Positions 23,174 through 35,140 of a stretch of DNA of 54,477 nt are shown piece after piece. The notes below the pieces were generated by a model, which saw only the letters and a list, made by a program, of their open reading frames with translations, did no database searches and was not told the origin of the DNA. Each line of letters starts with the position of its first letter. Position 1 is the stretch's first letter. Origin of the DNA: Macrostomum lignano (Eukaryota); NCBI GenBank assembly GCA_002269645.1, contig NIVC01000203.1:1-54477 (forward strand), given 5' to 3'. The translations under genes were made by a program, and so were the position numbers.

Positions 23174-24564
23174 TGCGATAGGCTCGGGTTGTCGGATCGG
23201 AAAAATGGTTAACATTTGTTTTGCAAATGATTTACATCAACGCTCGTATTCGATTAACTTCGAACTTGGCAGCGTTATTTTTAAAATCATCCGTATTGAA
23301 CTATCGCACCCACTAGTTAGTGCTTCGCACTTGATACTAGGTCCTGTCTGCCTCAAATTTCTATCAATACTATGGTAAAATGTGCGTCATCTTTTCTGTG
23401 TAGTTGCTTGTATTGTTGGACCGATATTTTTTAACACGCCAGACCGCGTGCTCGTGTTGTCTTTTTGCATCGGGAATCACAGGTTTTTGTTCTATAACGT
23501 TATAGGACTTCCATTCTGTTATCTATTTCGCAATGCATATATTTAGCAGTCGTAATCTATTATTATCTAGCAGAATGGTTTGAAGCAGACTTCTGTGACG
23601 AATTGCTAGGAAAGTATAAATATACAGGAGCAAATCATGCTTGGGTTCAGTGTGAGGGCTGCGTACAACACGACCAAATTTTTATCAGATACCAGATCAG
23701 ACATTGGAACATCGCATGTAAACGAATCTAATAAACAGATGCTAATTAGCATTTTAATTTGCTGTTGGGCTATTAATGCAAAATTCAATTGTCAGGAAAA
23801 GCTAGTAGTTTTTTTTGCTGTCACTGGATTTGAAGCAGTCACAGGATGGAGAGATAGATATAATCCTTTTCTTCTGCGGAGCAGGGACAGTTTCTCTGAA
23901 AAAGTAGAAAACTAATGCCCAGACAAGGAGGGTCTACTTTGGTGCTGCAGACTGTTATGACTTCGCACTCTATGAGTGCGCTAGCTATCTAAGATAGCTT
24001 TTTTAACTTTCTTTTCCCATGCAGACATTGCTTATAAATAACGCTGACGCAAATGCATTTACCGCAGCAGAGGGAGAGCGTGTCTGCAGGGAGTTGTCCA
24101 TGGCAGGCAATGCCAAGCTTCACCCTTAAGCATTGACGAGCGGGCGGCGTCTGTCACTTGGCCATCAAACTTTTTCCCACTTATCGCGCAGCTCTGATGA
24201 CTTACTTTACTTTATGCAGACAGACAACCGGTCGGCTGACCCGCAGAACTTTCCACCCGATCGTTCCCCTGGGGGGTACTATTATTTTTGTTTCTTCTAG
24301 GTATTCATTTGATTGGCAGTCCAGCATCCTTGATGCTGCAAAAGACGGACAGTCGATATGTTTGCCTTCGCATCACAACTAGAAAGCTTCAGTCTGTCAA
24401 TTATTTAACTAATGAAATGTTCCACTCTTTAAGCCCTTTGAAAGCGCCCACAAGTTGTGCGAATTCTTACAAAAGACACACTGCAGTATTCAGCAAATAT
24501 AGCAGCGCAATCAGCATTCTTGAGTGACTGTGTCGCCCTTACTTTGTCTGGTTGGGGTCTGCAT

Positions 24565-24978
24565 CAGGGGCGTAGCCAGGAATTTTGTTTGGGGGGGGGG
24601 CCTTGAGTTAGGGGGCGCCAGCTTCTTATAGGGGGGGGCGCCAGTTTCTTGTAGGGAGGGGGGGGGGCGCCAGTTTCTTTTAGGGGGGCGCCAGTTTCCT
24701 TTAGGGGGCGCCAGTTTCTTTTAGGGGGGGGGCGCCAGTTTATTTTAGGGCGGGCGCCAGTTTCTTATAGGGGGCGCCAGTTTCTTTTAGGGGGGGCGCC
24801 AGTTTCTTTAAGGGGGGCGCCAGTTTCTTTTAGGGGGGCGCCAGTTTCTTATAGGGGCGCCAGTTTCTTTTAGGAGGGGGGCGCCAGTTTCTTTTAGGGG
24901 GGGGGGGCGCCAAGGCCAGAGTTGGTGATTATGGGGGGGGGCCACGGCCCCCTTGCCCCCCCTCTGGCTACGCCCCTG
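24565..24978. mobile_element. Non-autonomous hAT-type MITE, 414 bp, with internal G-rich tandem repeat
   Basis: TIR CAGGGGCGTAGCCAG..CTGGCTACGCCCCTG and perfect 8-bp TSD GTCTGCAT at 24557-24564 and 24979-24986. About 14 internal GGGGGGCGCCAGTTTCTTTTA-type units. Confidence 0.92.
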
Positions 24979-26468
24979 GTCTGCATACAGCTTTAATTGT
25001 TTACGGATGTGGGCGTAAACACAAGAGCATCGGTACAATCGCAGGGTAGGTAAAAAAACTCGAGGCCTCGTTAAATACGTTTGCAGCTCTCAAAGCTTAC
25101 TGAAGTTTATGCAGAAGCTTTCAACTGTCAACAGAAGCTAGGAGCTGTCTTAGTTTAAGGTGCATCGTAAACTTTTTTCAGGAAACTGGTAAGCAAAAAT
25201 AGCTTTATTTATTGCAGATCCTTTCGGCTGCCGAAACAGTTAAGTCAGCTAATACACCAGCAGTACCACTGCTTTATGCTTTATTTATGCTTTTAGTCGC
25301 ACGCTATTGCCCCTGCTGCAGACAACAACTTTCAGAAGGAAATTCATAAAGTTACTCGAAAGCAACTCCTGTTGCACCTGTTTTGTTCCTAAGCTGCACT
25401 CGAATTCGCGCGGTTGTGTTGCCATAAAAGCTACTTTTTACAAGCCAGGACGCTGACATTTGGGTGAGGATGGATTGATTCCACAGTTGACATTGGAATC
25501 GGCCAACCGTCTGTCTGCTAGCAAAAAATCCAGCCAAATCTGCTGACCGCTTCAATTGATAAGTAGGAAACTGAAATGTCATCGAGGAACCTGCCGGTAC
25601 CATTTGATTTTCTTAAACAATGTAGGGCTTTTGTTGTAGGCCTGTTTCGCTGCAATCTTCTATCGTTAAATTAACAAGCTGCAAATTGTATAGTTCCATT
25701 TTAGAGCATTGAGAACTTAGCAATTTCGCATCACATGATGCGCTGCTGGCCGCCGTTCCGAACTTTCGAGGGATTATTGATGTGAGAGGTAGTTCCTCCC
25801 CTGAAGGGTGTTGGTCCGACCGTCCGACGAGACTAACTAGGCGGAACTTTCCTTCAAGCGCCTGCACTCGCTCAACTTTCCATAGGCAGCGAATAACTAG
25901 ATGGGTGCCTGGCGCCGCCAGTAATGAGGAAAAGGGGAACTTGGGCCCCAGACCCCCTTTCCCCTAGCAGATTGCAAATTCCAACGCAACGGGAGTGCGG
26001 CGAATTGCTAGCTGAGAGTTGGAGGTGCAGAGGCCAGATTGCCTGGCACCTCCCGCGGAGAAAGAGGCCAAGTAGACTTACAGACTCGCATTGTAGACCA
26101 TTTCCGCGCCCCCAGCAACTATCACCAGCTGTTCCTTTCCAAATCTCCCTACAGTTGCAGACTAAACCAGTTTTCGGTGGGCCTTCACATAGTCATAAAC
26201 CCAGGCGTGCACAGCAGGGATCCAGATCCCACATTTGGGAACAACTGGCGTCAATTAAACGCCCAATACCAGGCCTATTCGCTCTCAGCCAAGTAATTAT
26301 AAAGATTCTTGCGAAATTCCAACACTTCGGCCTGCATTCTTCACGCCCGAGGTTGTTACAAGAAACCACTCATGCTATACAGAATTTGATTGCTAGTCAC
26401 GTGATTCTGACATAACAGCCCGATGTGCGGGCGTTACCAAGGCAGGCTATCCAGCACCACCTGATCCC

Positions 26469-26476
26469 TATAAATA
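26469..26476 (+). promoter_or_regulatory. Candidate TATA box of paralogue B
   Basis: TATAAATA about 76 nt upstream of ATG 26552; position is plausible but unverified. Confidence 0.45.
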
Positions 26477-26551
26477 CACAGCTGACCAGGAAGGGATACA
26501 GGCTTAAATTCCACACTATTTCTTAAAATCGAACAAAATCTGTGACCAAAA

Positions 26552-28399
26552 ATGTTTAACTGGAGGCTGCTATGCCTCTTCGGCTTCCTGCTAGGACACA
26601 TCGGCGTCCACGCAGCATCTGTGCACGAAGTGTCAATCTCCGTGCGAAGCGTCAAGTCCATTGTCTATCGAGGCATGCAGATCTCGGTATTTGAGCATGT
26701 CCAAACGCCTAAGCGCTACTTCTTCCAGCCCTTAGGGTTTCTCGATTCTGCCTCTGCGCGGCTAGCCGACAATCCTGGGTTCAACCGCACGGAGCTTCAC
26801 ATCGATATTTACCTGTGGACTGACGAGTTCATCCTGCTAGTTGAGAGTCACTTCACCGAGCACAAGTCCGTGGAGCTGCTGCCTCTGACTGGACTCAGTT
26901 TGACCTGGTCGAATCGCGCATCTATGTGGCTCGGTCCCGACTTCAATCGAACATACCGCCTACTGGATGAGTGGAAAGACGGCGATAAGCCGCATATGAG
27001 AAGTACATTCACCATCTTCTGCGACAAACGCGACGCGTGCGAGCGGCTGTTTTCGAAGTTCAACCAAAGCAACGAGGCGATCGGCAACCTTTTCGATCTG
27101 AGGTACAAGATCCAGTGCGACAACTCACGCAACTTCTCGCTAACCGTTCGCAGCAACCACTTCTTGCAGTCGTCTGTCTTCCAATACCTGGACCGGTTTG
27201 CATCCCAGCGGCCCGCAGATCGACAAGTGATAATTCCCGAACAGTCTGTGAATGAGCTGGCCGACCAGGTATACACGGCTGCGCTAGTCGAACTGCAGCG
27301 TGAGGCCAAGCAGCACTTCACCTATGTTGACAGTGAGTCACGCCAAGCCATCCTGGCTGATCTGCATCGCCACCTGCGCTCGCGTCCGGTGCACTCGCTG
27401 AGCGATTTCCAATGGAGGAACTACGTCGCCTGGCCTGCTGACCGCCTAGACATGCGCCCGGACAAGCTTGCGCACATGTTCAACGCTCTGTTCACGGCCT
27501 CCGACCGGCCGCTGACAGTGCAACTCACCAGCGCCGACCGGATGAACGAAGTTCGCGAGACCCTGCCAACCGCCGAGTTCATGAAGATCGACGCGTTCGT
27601 CCGACGCTACACGCCCAGGCGTCCAACCGACACTGTGCCGATCCCAGTTACCGAAGTTCGCGACCTTTCGCTAGCACTTTCCAGCCCCGTTGTCTGGAAT
27701 GTGTCCACCAATAGGTTCACCGCCTCGCCAAACAGCGTCATGTTTCGCATCAATATTGAGCAGATAAAGAGTGAAGGCACGCTGTTGATCCGCGATGTCC
27801 TAGTATTCTACAAGGAGACTGCCCATCGGGATCAGGTGACCCCGCTGGATCGCTCCAAAGGCGGCATCGAGACTACCTGGCGCGCACAGGCTGACCAGCT
27901 GGACACTAATCTGCAACAGCTGCAGCAGAAGGTGAGACAACTGGAGTCCAGCCTCAGGCGAGTCTTATCCGAGTTCGACAGCTGGACTTCCGTGTACGCG
28001 CCTGGAGGCCGCGGTCCAAGTGGCGTCAACCTACGCAGCGGTGAAGCGCCGGTTGAGTTCTACCCACCGGTTGGCCCCAGAGAGGCCATGCCCGACCTGG
28101 CCGCCCTGCGCCGCTCCCTGGCCTCGCTGGAGACCCGGGTGGCCGGCCTGGCCGCTAACCGGTCCCGGCTCTACCAGCCGCGGTTCGCCGACTCCTTCTG
28201 CGTATTGGCTAATCGGGAGAACCCGCCCGGCATGACCTGCCAGATCCTGTCCATGATCATCCCCAAGAAGTCGCTGCGGTACAGTCCGATATTCGACAGG
28301 CGCATTCGCTACCAGGAGGGCCGCATCGGCCAGAGCCACCTGTCCGAGCTGAACGATGACTTTGTCGCTTTCAGCCTCAAGATTTGCTGCACCGCCTGA
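26552..28399 (+). CDS. Secreted protein of unknown function, paralogue B (615 aa, intronless, extra coiled-coil neck)
   Basis: ATG-initiated ORF with signal peptide MFNWRLLCLFGFLLGHIGVHA. Colinear with paralogue A except for a ~90-aa insertion with heptad repeats before the C-terminal DSFCVL..KICC domain. AATAAA at 28684. Confidence 0.9.
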   Translation: MFNWRLLCLFGFLLGHIGVHAASVHEVSISVRSVKSIVYRGMQISVFEHVQTPKRYFFQPLGFLDSASARLADNPGFNRTELHIDIYLWTDEFILLVESHFTEHKSVELLPLTGLSLTWSNRASMWLGPDFNRTYRLLDEWKDGDKPHMRSTFTIFCDKRDACERLFSKFNQSNEAIGNLFDLRYKIQCDNSRNFSLTVRSNHFLQSSVFQYLDRFASQRPADRQVIIPEQSVNELADQVYTAALVELQREAKQHFTYVDSESRQAILADLHRHLRSRPVHSLSDFQWRNYVAWPADRLDMRPDKLAHMFNALFTASDRPLTVQLTSADRMNEVRETLPTAEFMKIDAFVRRYTPRRPTDTVPIPVTEVRDLSLALSSPVVWNVSTNRFTASPNSVMFRINIEQIKSEGTLLIRDVLVFYKETAHRDQVTPLDRSKGGIETTWRAQADQLDTNLQQLQQKVRQLESSLRRVLSEFDSWTSVYAPGGRGPSGVNLRSGEAPVEFYPPVGPREAMPDLAALRRSLASLETRVAGLAANRSRLYQPRFADSFCVLANRENPPGMTCQILSMIIPKKSLRYSPIFDRRIRYQEGRIGQSHLSELNDDFVAFSLKICCTA

Positions 28400-29968
28400 T
28401 GACTGCAGTGAGGCTGCAAAGTTTGAGTGGTTCACATTGACCTTAACTATGAAGACAACAAATGAGAAATATTTTCCGGGCTCAGTCTCCCGATGAGCGC
28501 GGCATTTGGTCGCATTCTACCTTTGACTCTTAATTAGTAGTTAAACCTTTGTGCAGTGCAACACAGTTTTACTAACCTCTCCAATTTTTTATTCAGCCAG
28601 CATTCTCTCGAAATGCTACTATTAGTAAAAAAAAAACGGCGCAAAAAGCTTTTCTTTTCAAATCCAACTGCTAGCTGGAAGCAAATAAAAATTGATACAA
28701 CAGCGTTCATTTCGGTACTGTTTCATAACTTATTGGTGTCAAAGTATAGTTGAAGATTTGCTTATTTTAACCAATTGTCCATCCACGTACAAGGCTTAGA
28801 TTGGCACTCCATTCTATTCTTTCTTCCATGGTGAAAACGCTCAAAATACCGTTGCGTTTTTCTACGGCGCTGAATGGGCTTTCGCCATAGACAATTTCAG
28901 TCCAGAAGATCCTATGACAAAAATACACTAAGGAGATAGGAATTACTACTGGAACTGACCTGAAGGTATTACTTTAAGTAGCGTAAATTGACGGAATGCA
29001 AATCGAAACTAGCGTCAGCCTTTATATTCGGTTTGTTTATCATGGCTGGCTAACTGATTTCTATTCAGAGGCTTGCAGGCGAAATGCATTTGACTAAAAT
29101 CAGGCTCTTCTAAACCCGAGTCGGGTCGAATCGATGAGACTGGGCTATCATGAAATCAGAAGAGATGCCAGCAAGGGCTGGGTGAAGCAGCAGGCATGGC
29201 GGCAGCGGGGAAGTGACAATGGGAAGCAAAGCGGGATACAAGCGATCAATCGATTGTCAGTCGGTGCATGATCTGGGAGGCATTGTGGGATGAGAGCTGG
29301 GTCTTGCAAGCTGGCTGCCAGGAAGGCCCGCAAAGTCTTCGGATTGCAACTGCAGCGGCAGAAAGTGGCAATGCAGATGAGTTTTCCCTACCGGTGCACT
29401 TTTCGCCTTTCCCTTTCTGCTTTTTGCACTTTTCGGTTAAATTAAGGCATGATTGATAGAGCTTCCCGGAGCAGACCTTTTATTTATTATTCCATTAGTA
29501 TTAGTATTATTATTATGCTGGTAAAAAAACAAACTACTTAAGCTCCCATGGCTGTGAGTTTCTAGGGGCATTGGTTCTTGATACAACCAATTCTTTCGGT
29601 TTTCGGTATTAATCTTGTTTTTATACAGTAAGTGACGACTGATGGAGAGCGTCCTCAAAGCTCTGGCTTACCAATCTGAGCTGCTATTCAAAGTTAATCT
29701 GTGATCTGAGGCTGAGCTTATCCTCAAATACCACACAGCATATTGATGAAGAATAATATTCTCGCACGCCAATTCAAGCTCAGCATCCTTATTTTATCGC
29801 AGCCAATATAGGCATTGAGAGGGCTCTCATTCCCTAGCCAGTCTGCCCCATAAGAGGATAATTTTCTGTGGCGAATCCGAATCAGCATGAAAATCATTCC
29901 CCTAAGACTGAGCACCTTTTCAACAGAGAATGTTTTTTGTCTCCATTAAAGATTTGGGGTTCTGAGCT

Positions 29969-30862
<894 letters not shown>

Positions 30863-31262
30863 AGTGTTCGGTGATTAATGTTGCCGCAGCCAACGGCAGA
30901 CAGGAAACTGTGTCAGTTTCAATTCACACCAGCCCCTTCCGGTGGATAACGGACAGCGCGACTGACTGACTATCATTACATGAAACAGTTGGAAAAGCAA
31001 TATTCAGAAATACACTGCCGCCTTGAACTCGGCTCAGCTTCTTCCGACATCAAGGTAATACTCGTACCAAAGCAAGAGCAGGGAGCGGTAGGATAACCGC
31101 TGCAGATCGCTATTGTGCGACAGGATAAATGGGGGAACGGGCTGAGTCCCCATTTTTGTTGTTTTTTATTAGTGAATTTTACGTTTGAGTTGCATCTGAG
31201 CTGACTTTTCATTAATTTTCTTTAGGAGAGGCGCAGCTTTTCATTCTCTGCTTTTGTCAATA

Positions 31263-31688
31263 CAGTCAGTCAGTCAGTCAGTCAGTCAGTCAGTCAGTCA
31301 GTCAGTCAGTCAGTCAGTCAGTCAGTCAGTCAGTCAGTCAGTCAGTCAGTCAGTCAGTCAGTCAGTCAGTCAGTCAGTCAGTCAGTCAGTCAGTCAGTCA
31401 GTCAGTCAGTCAGTCAGTCAGTCAGTCAGTCAGTCAGTCAGTCCAGTCAGTCAGTCAGTCAGTCAGTCAGTTAGTCAGTCAGTCAGTCAGTCAGTCAGTC
31501 AGTCAGTCAGTCAGTCAGTCAGTCAGTCAGTCAGTCAGTCAGTCAGTCAGTCAGTCAGTCAGTCACCCACTCACTCAAGTCAGTCAGTCAGTCAGTCAGT
31601 CAGTCAGTCAGTCAGTCAGTCAGTCAGTCAGTCAGTCAGTCAGTCAGTCAGTCAGTCAGTCAGTCAGTCAGTCAGTCAGTCAGTCAGT
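31263..31688. repeat. ~425-bp (CAGT)n tetranucleotide microsatellite
   Basis: Seen directly; about 105 units with a few interruptions. Confidence 0.98.
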
Positions 31689-31927
31689 CTGGTTTAATAC
31701 CGCACGCTCTCAGCTGGCCATAAATGGAGGTTTTAAAATCAAAGATGCGAAACTTTTTACGGAATTATGAGTTATGGATTGTTTTTTTAGTTGCTTAACC
31801 TTCCGCCTTTATTTTTCATTATTTATTTGCACTGGCTGAGCAAGCAGCAGAGCGGGCAGGCTGTCCGAGTTAGTGTCCAGTCAACATGTCCTGCTCGCTA
31901 TCTTTCCGCTTTTATTTGTCCAACTGG

Positions 31928-32275
31928 TCAGCCGAGGAAACCCGGCGAGCCTCTGGACGATGAAACCGGCTGCCGCAGACTGTCGAGGTCGGACTCTAGC
32001 GGCATGCCGAACATGGCCGCCGCCTCCGAGCTGCTGCCAGCTCTCTTAGCCAGCCTGGCCTGCCGCAGGCGGCGCAGCACCTCTAGGAGGACGCTGTCGG
32101 GAGGCAGGCGACCGTCGTCTACAACAGCGTAGCCAGTGTTGATGCCAAGGACATCCGTCTCGTCACCGGAGCTGTTGGCCAGCGGCGTCGGGAGCAGAGC
32201 GGCGAATAACGCGATGGCAACTATGGATGCGGAGTTGTTGGCGTTTGTCAGAGTGCTAGTCCCTGTGTTGGTCAT
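31928..32275 (-). CDS. Putative neuropeptide/peptide-hormone precursor (115 aa)
   Basis: GC-rich coding-like island with hydrophobic signal segment SIVAIALFAALLPTPLANS, acidic spacer, dibasic RR and KR sites, and C-terminal amidation-donor Gly (GSPGFLG*). AATAAA on the minus strand at 31911-31916 lies 12 nt after the stop. The ATG is in the last minisatellite unit. No family assignment possible. Confidence 0.55.
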   Translation of the reverse strand: MTNTGTSTLTNANNSASIVAIALFAALLPTPLANSSGDETDVLGINTGYAVVDDGRLPPDSVLLEVLRRLRQARLAKRAGSSSEAAAMFGMPLESDLDSLRQPVSSSRGSPGFLG

Positions 32276-33385
32276 AGAGTGCTAGTCCCTGTGTTGGTCA
32301 TAGAGTGCTAGTCCCTGTGTTGGTCATAGAGTGCTAGTCCCTGTGTTGGTCATAGAGTGCTAGTCCCTGTGTTGGTCATGGAGTGCTAGTCCCTGTGTTG
32401 GTCATAGAGTGCTAGTCCCTGTGTTGGTCATAGAGTGCTACTAGTCCCTGTGTTGGTCATAGAGTGCTAGTCCCTGTGTTGGTCATAGAGTGCTAGTCCC
32501 TGTGTTGGTCATGGAGTGCTAGTCCCTGTGTTGGTCATAGAGTGCTAGTCCCTGTGTTGGTCATAGAGTGCTAGGTTCTGTGTTGGTCATAGAGTGCTAG
32601 TCCCTGTGTTGGTCATGGAGTGCTAGTCCCTGTGTTGGTCATAGAGTGCTAGTCCCTGTGTTGGTCATAGAGTGCTAGTCCCTGTGTTGGTCATAGAGTG
32701 CTAGTCCCTGTGTTGGTCATAGAGTGCTACTAGTCCCTGTGTTGGTCATAGAGTGCTAGGTTCTGTGTTGGTCATAGAGTGCTAGGTTCTGTGTTGGTCA
32801 TAGAGTGCTAGTCCCTGTGTTGGTCATAGAGTTTTAGTCTCTGTGTTGGTCAAAGAGTGCTAGTCCCTGTGTTGGTCATAGAGTGCTAGGTTCTGTGTTG
32901 GTCATAGAGTGCTAGTCCCTGTGTTGGTCATAGAGTGCTAGGTTCTGTGTTGGTCATAGAGTGCTAGTCCCTGTGTTGGTCATAGAGTGCTAGGTTCTGT
33001 GTTGGTCATAGAGTGTTAGTCCCTGTGTTGGTCATAGAGTGCTAGGTTCTGTGTTGGTCATAGAGTGTTAGTCCCTGTGTTGGTCATAGAGTGCTAGTCC
33101 CTGTGTTGGTCATAGAGTTTTAGTCTCTGTGTAAGTCAAAGAGTGCTAGGTTTTGGTTGGTCATAGAGTGCTAGGTTCTGTGTTGGTCATAGAGTGCTAG
33201 GTTCTGTGTTGGTCATAGAGTGCTAGGTTCTGTGTTGGTCATAGAGTGCTAGGTTCTGTGTTGGTCATAGAGAGCTAGTCTCTGTGTTGGTCATAGAGTG
33301 CTAGTCCCTGTGTTGGTCATAGAGTGCTAGCCCCTGTGTTGGTCACAGAGTGCTATTTTGGTCATGAAGTGCTAGCACTGTGCCA
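32250..33385. repeat. 26-bp minisatellite (AGAGTGCTAGTCCCTGTGTTGGTCAT)n, ~43 copies
   Basis: Seen directly; variants include GGTTC for GTCCC and a 29-bp unit with an extra ACT. Confidence 0.96.
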
Positions 33386-33516
33386 TATTGTTTCAGATCG
33401 ACAGTGTCTACGTGGTGCCTTTCTAGTCAAATTGTGAAAGACATGGTGATAATAAAGAATTATTAATGTGTGTAGTGAATAGCTGTTCATACATCAGCCA
33501 TTTTTATGGCACCTGC

Positions 33517-33795
33517 AATAATCAATGGCCAGATGTGCAACCGACAGCTCAGCCGCAGCTATTGCGCGGCACATCTGAAGGCTGCGTACGGCTGTTCAGT
33601 CCAAGAACTGGGGGGGGGGGGTTGCCACGCCAATTATCCCAGCTAATGCTGGCACCCATTTTACAGCTGGGTGAATTGAAGCAATACAGAGTTAATTGTG
33701 TCTTGCTCAGGGACACAAATTGTTCAGAGTGGGTCGAGAATCGAACCCCCGACCTTTCAGTCGTGAGTCCGTTGATCTAACCACTAGGCTACAAA
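33517..33795 (-). mobile_element. tRNA-derived CORE-like SINE, copy 1
   Basis: Minus strand has A box TAGCCTAGTGG and B box GGTTCGATTC, then a central block CCTGAGCAAGACAC..TTCAATTCACCCAGCTGTAAAATGGGTGCC resembling the MIR/CORE domain. Same body as the copies at 35141, 39192 and 40818. Confidence 0.85.
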
Positions 33796-35140
33796 ATTTT
33801 TTTAGGATTTTTTCAATGCCGTATTTAGTTTCTACTCATAATAATTAATTATGTGGGATTTTCATAGATCTAATTTTCTTAAAAGCTTTCGTGACACCGC
33901 AGCGGATGCTCGTGATTTTGGATGCGGCCTGAGGTGGCAGACACAGGCAAGTCCCATGCTGTCAAGCAACCAGATTTCAATCGAATAAAGACTGCTCACG
34001 ATTTTTATCAATTCGCTAGATTGATTAAAGCAACCGAAATTTCTGATCTGGTACACGAAAAACCACAATTTTTTTCTGCACCCTCTTTTATGCATTGACA
34101 GAAATTTTCAAGCCTTCACTAACCACTGAGCTGCCTCTGTCTCGTAGTGGTGCCCTCTTTTTGTAGCAACTTCTATGGCACCACCGTTTGTGGCATCCGG
34201 GGCCTCTGAACGGCTATTTGATCACCAGGGTCATAAAGTACAGGGTGTCCCAGGGTGCCTAAAGTGCTTCCAGGTCGTTAAATGAGGTCAAAGTATCGAA
34301 AAGAGAATTAGGTTTCTAAATTATTCATAAGAAGTTCACTTCTACGGGCTCTCAAAAGATTGATATCGGAGAACCCGATATTATTCAGCCACTTCAGGTT
34401 CTGCACTCCATTCTTTAATCTCAAGTTACATTCCAATTCCAACAGACCAATCCGTTGGATTAGTGAAAGTGCTCAATTCACCCAGTCGCTTCTGTTTACT
34501 TTCTCTCGACAAGAAAGTGTCATTTTCAAAGGTAAATTCAAATTAGTCTAGAGAAGATTTGCGGTAAGAGATTGGTGAGAGAAATGCGCCTCACCACCTG
34601 ACACTGCTCAGAAGGTTTGATTGATCTATTCGACGCATGGGCTTATCCGAAAACAGATGATGGAGACGCCTAAAACAACAGGTTCATTTGAGTCGAATGA
34701 AAAGAGAAAAAGTGCGCCAAAATCTTGGTCAAGACTCGAGAAAACCGATTGAGATCTGTTGAATCGGATCGAACTGCTGGCCATTCAGAAGCAACGAGCT
34801 GGGAAAATGTCAAAGCTTGGCTATGAGAACAAAGGAGCTTTGATCGACATGCCAAACGATTTATATTTTATAACAGAGGCGAGGGCCTCTGTTATAAAAT
34901 AACAGAGGCTTCAAGTTTATCTGGAAAAGAGTTGCCACTAAAGTGCATATTGCTTGTCCGCATTGTCTTTGCATGAATTTTATGCTGTAACCACTTGAAT
35001 AATTAGAAACCACTAATTCTGCGTCATTCCCTTGCTCGGAGCAATCTTTTGCCAGAGGACAACAAGAAGATCTAATTTGGACACCCCATTTTCACTAGGG
35101 GCAGGTGACCCACTTGACCTCCCCTACCGTTGGATAGCTC

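Noticed and set aside
11480-24978. Similar lengths (416, 426, 414 bp) of the MULE, Tc1 and hAT non-autonomous elements
   Set aside because: Three elements within the normal MITE size range; most likely coincidence.
31254-31697. 147-aa (SQSV)n ORF
   Set aside because: Artefact of the (CAGT)n tract.
31928-32100. Assignment of the prepropeptide to tachykinin (GFLG), DH31/calcitonin, CRH/DH44 or NPY/F
   Set aside because: Only 3-4 residue resemblances. It lacks FxGxR-amide, terminal P-amide and RxRF-amide signatures.
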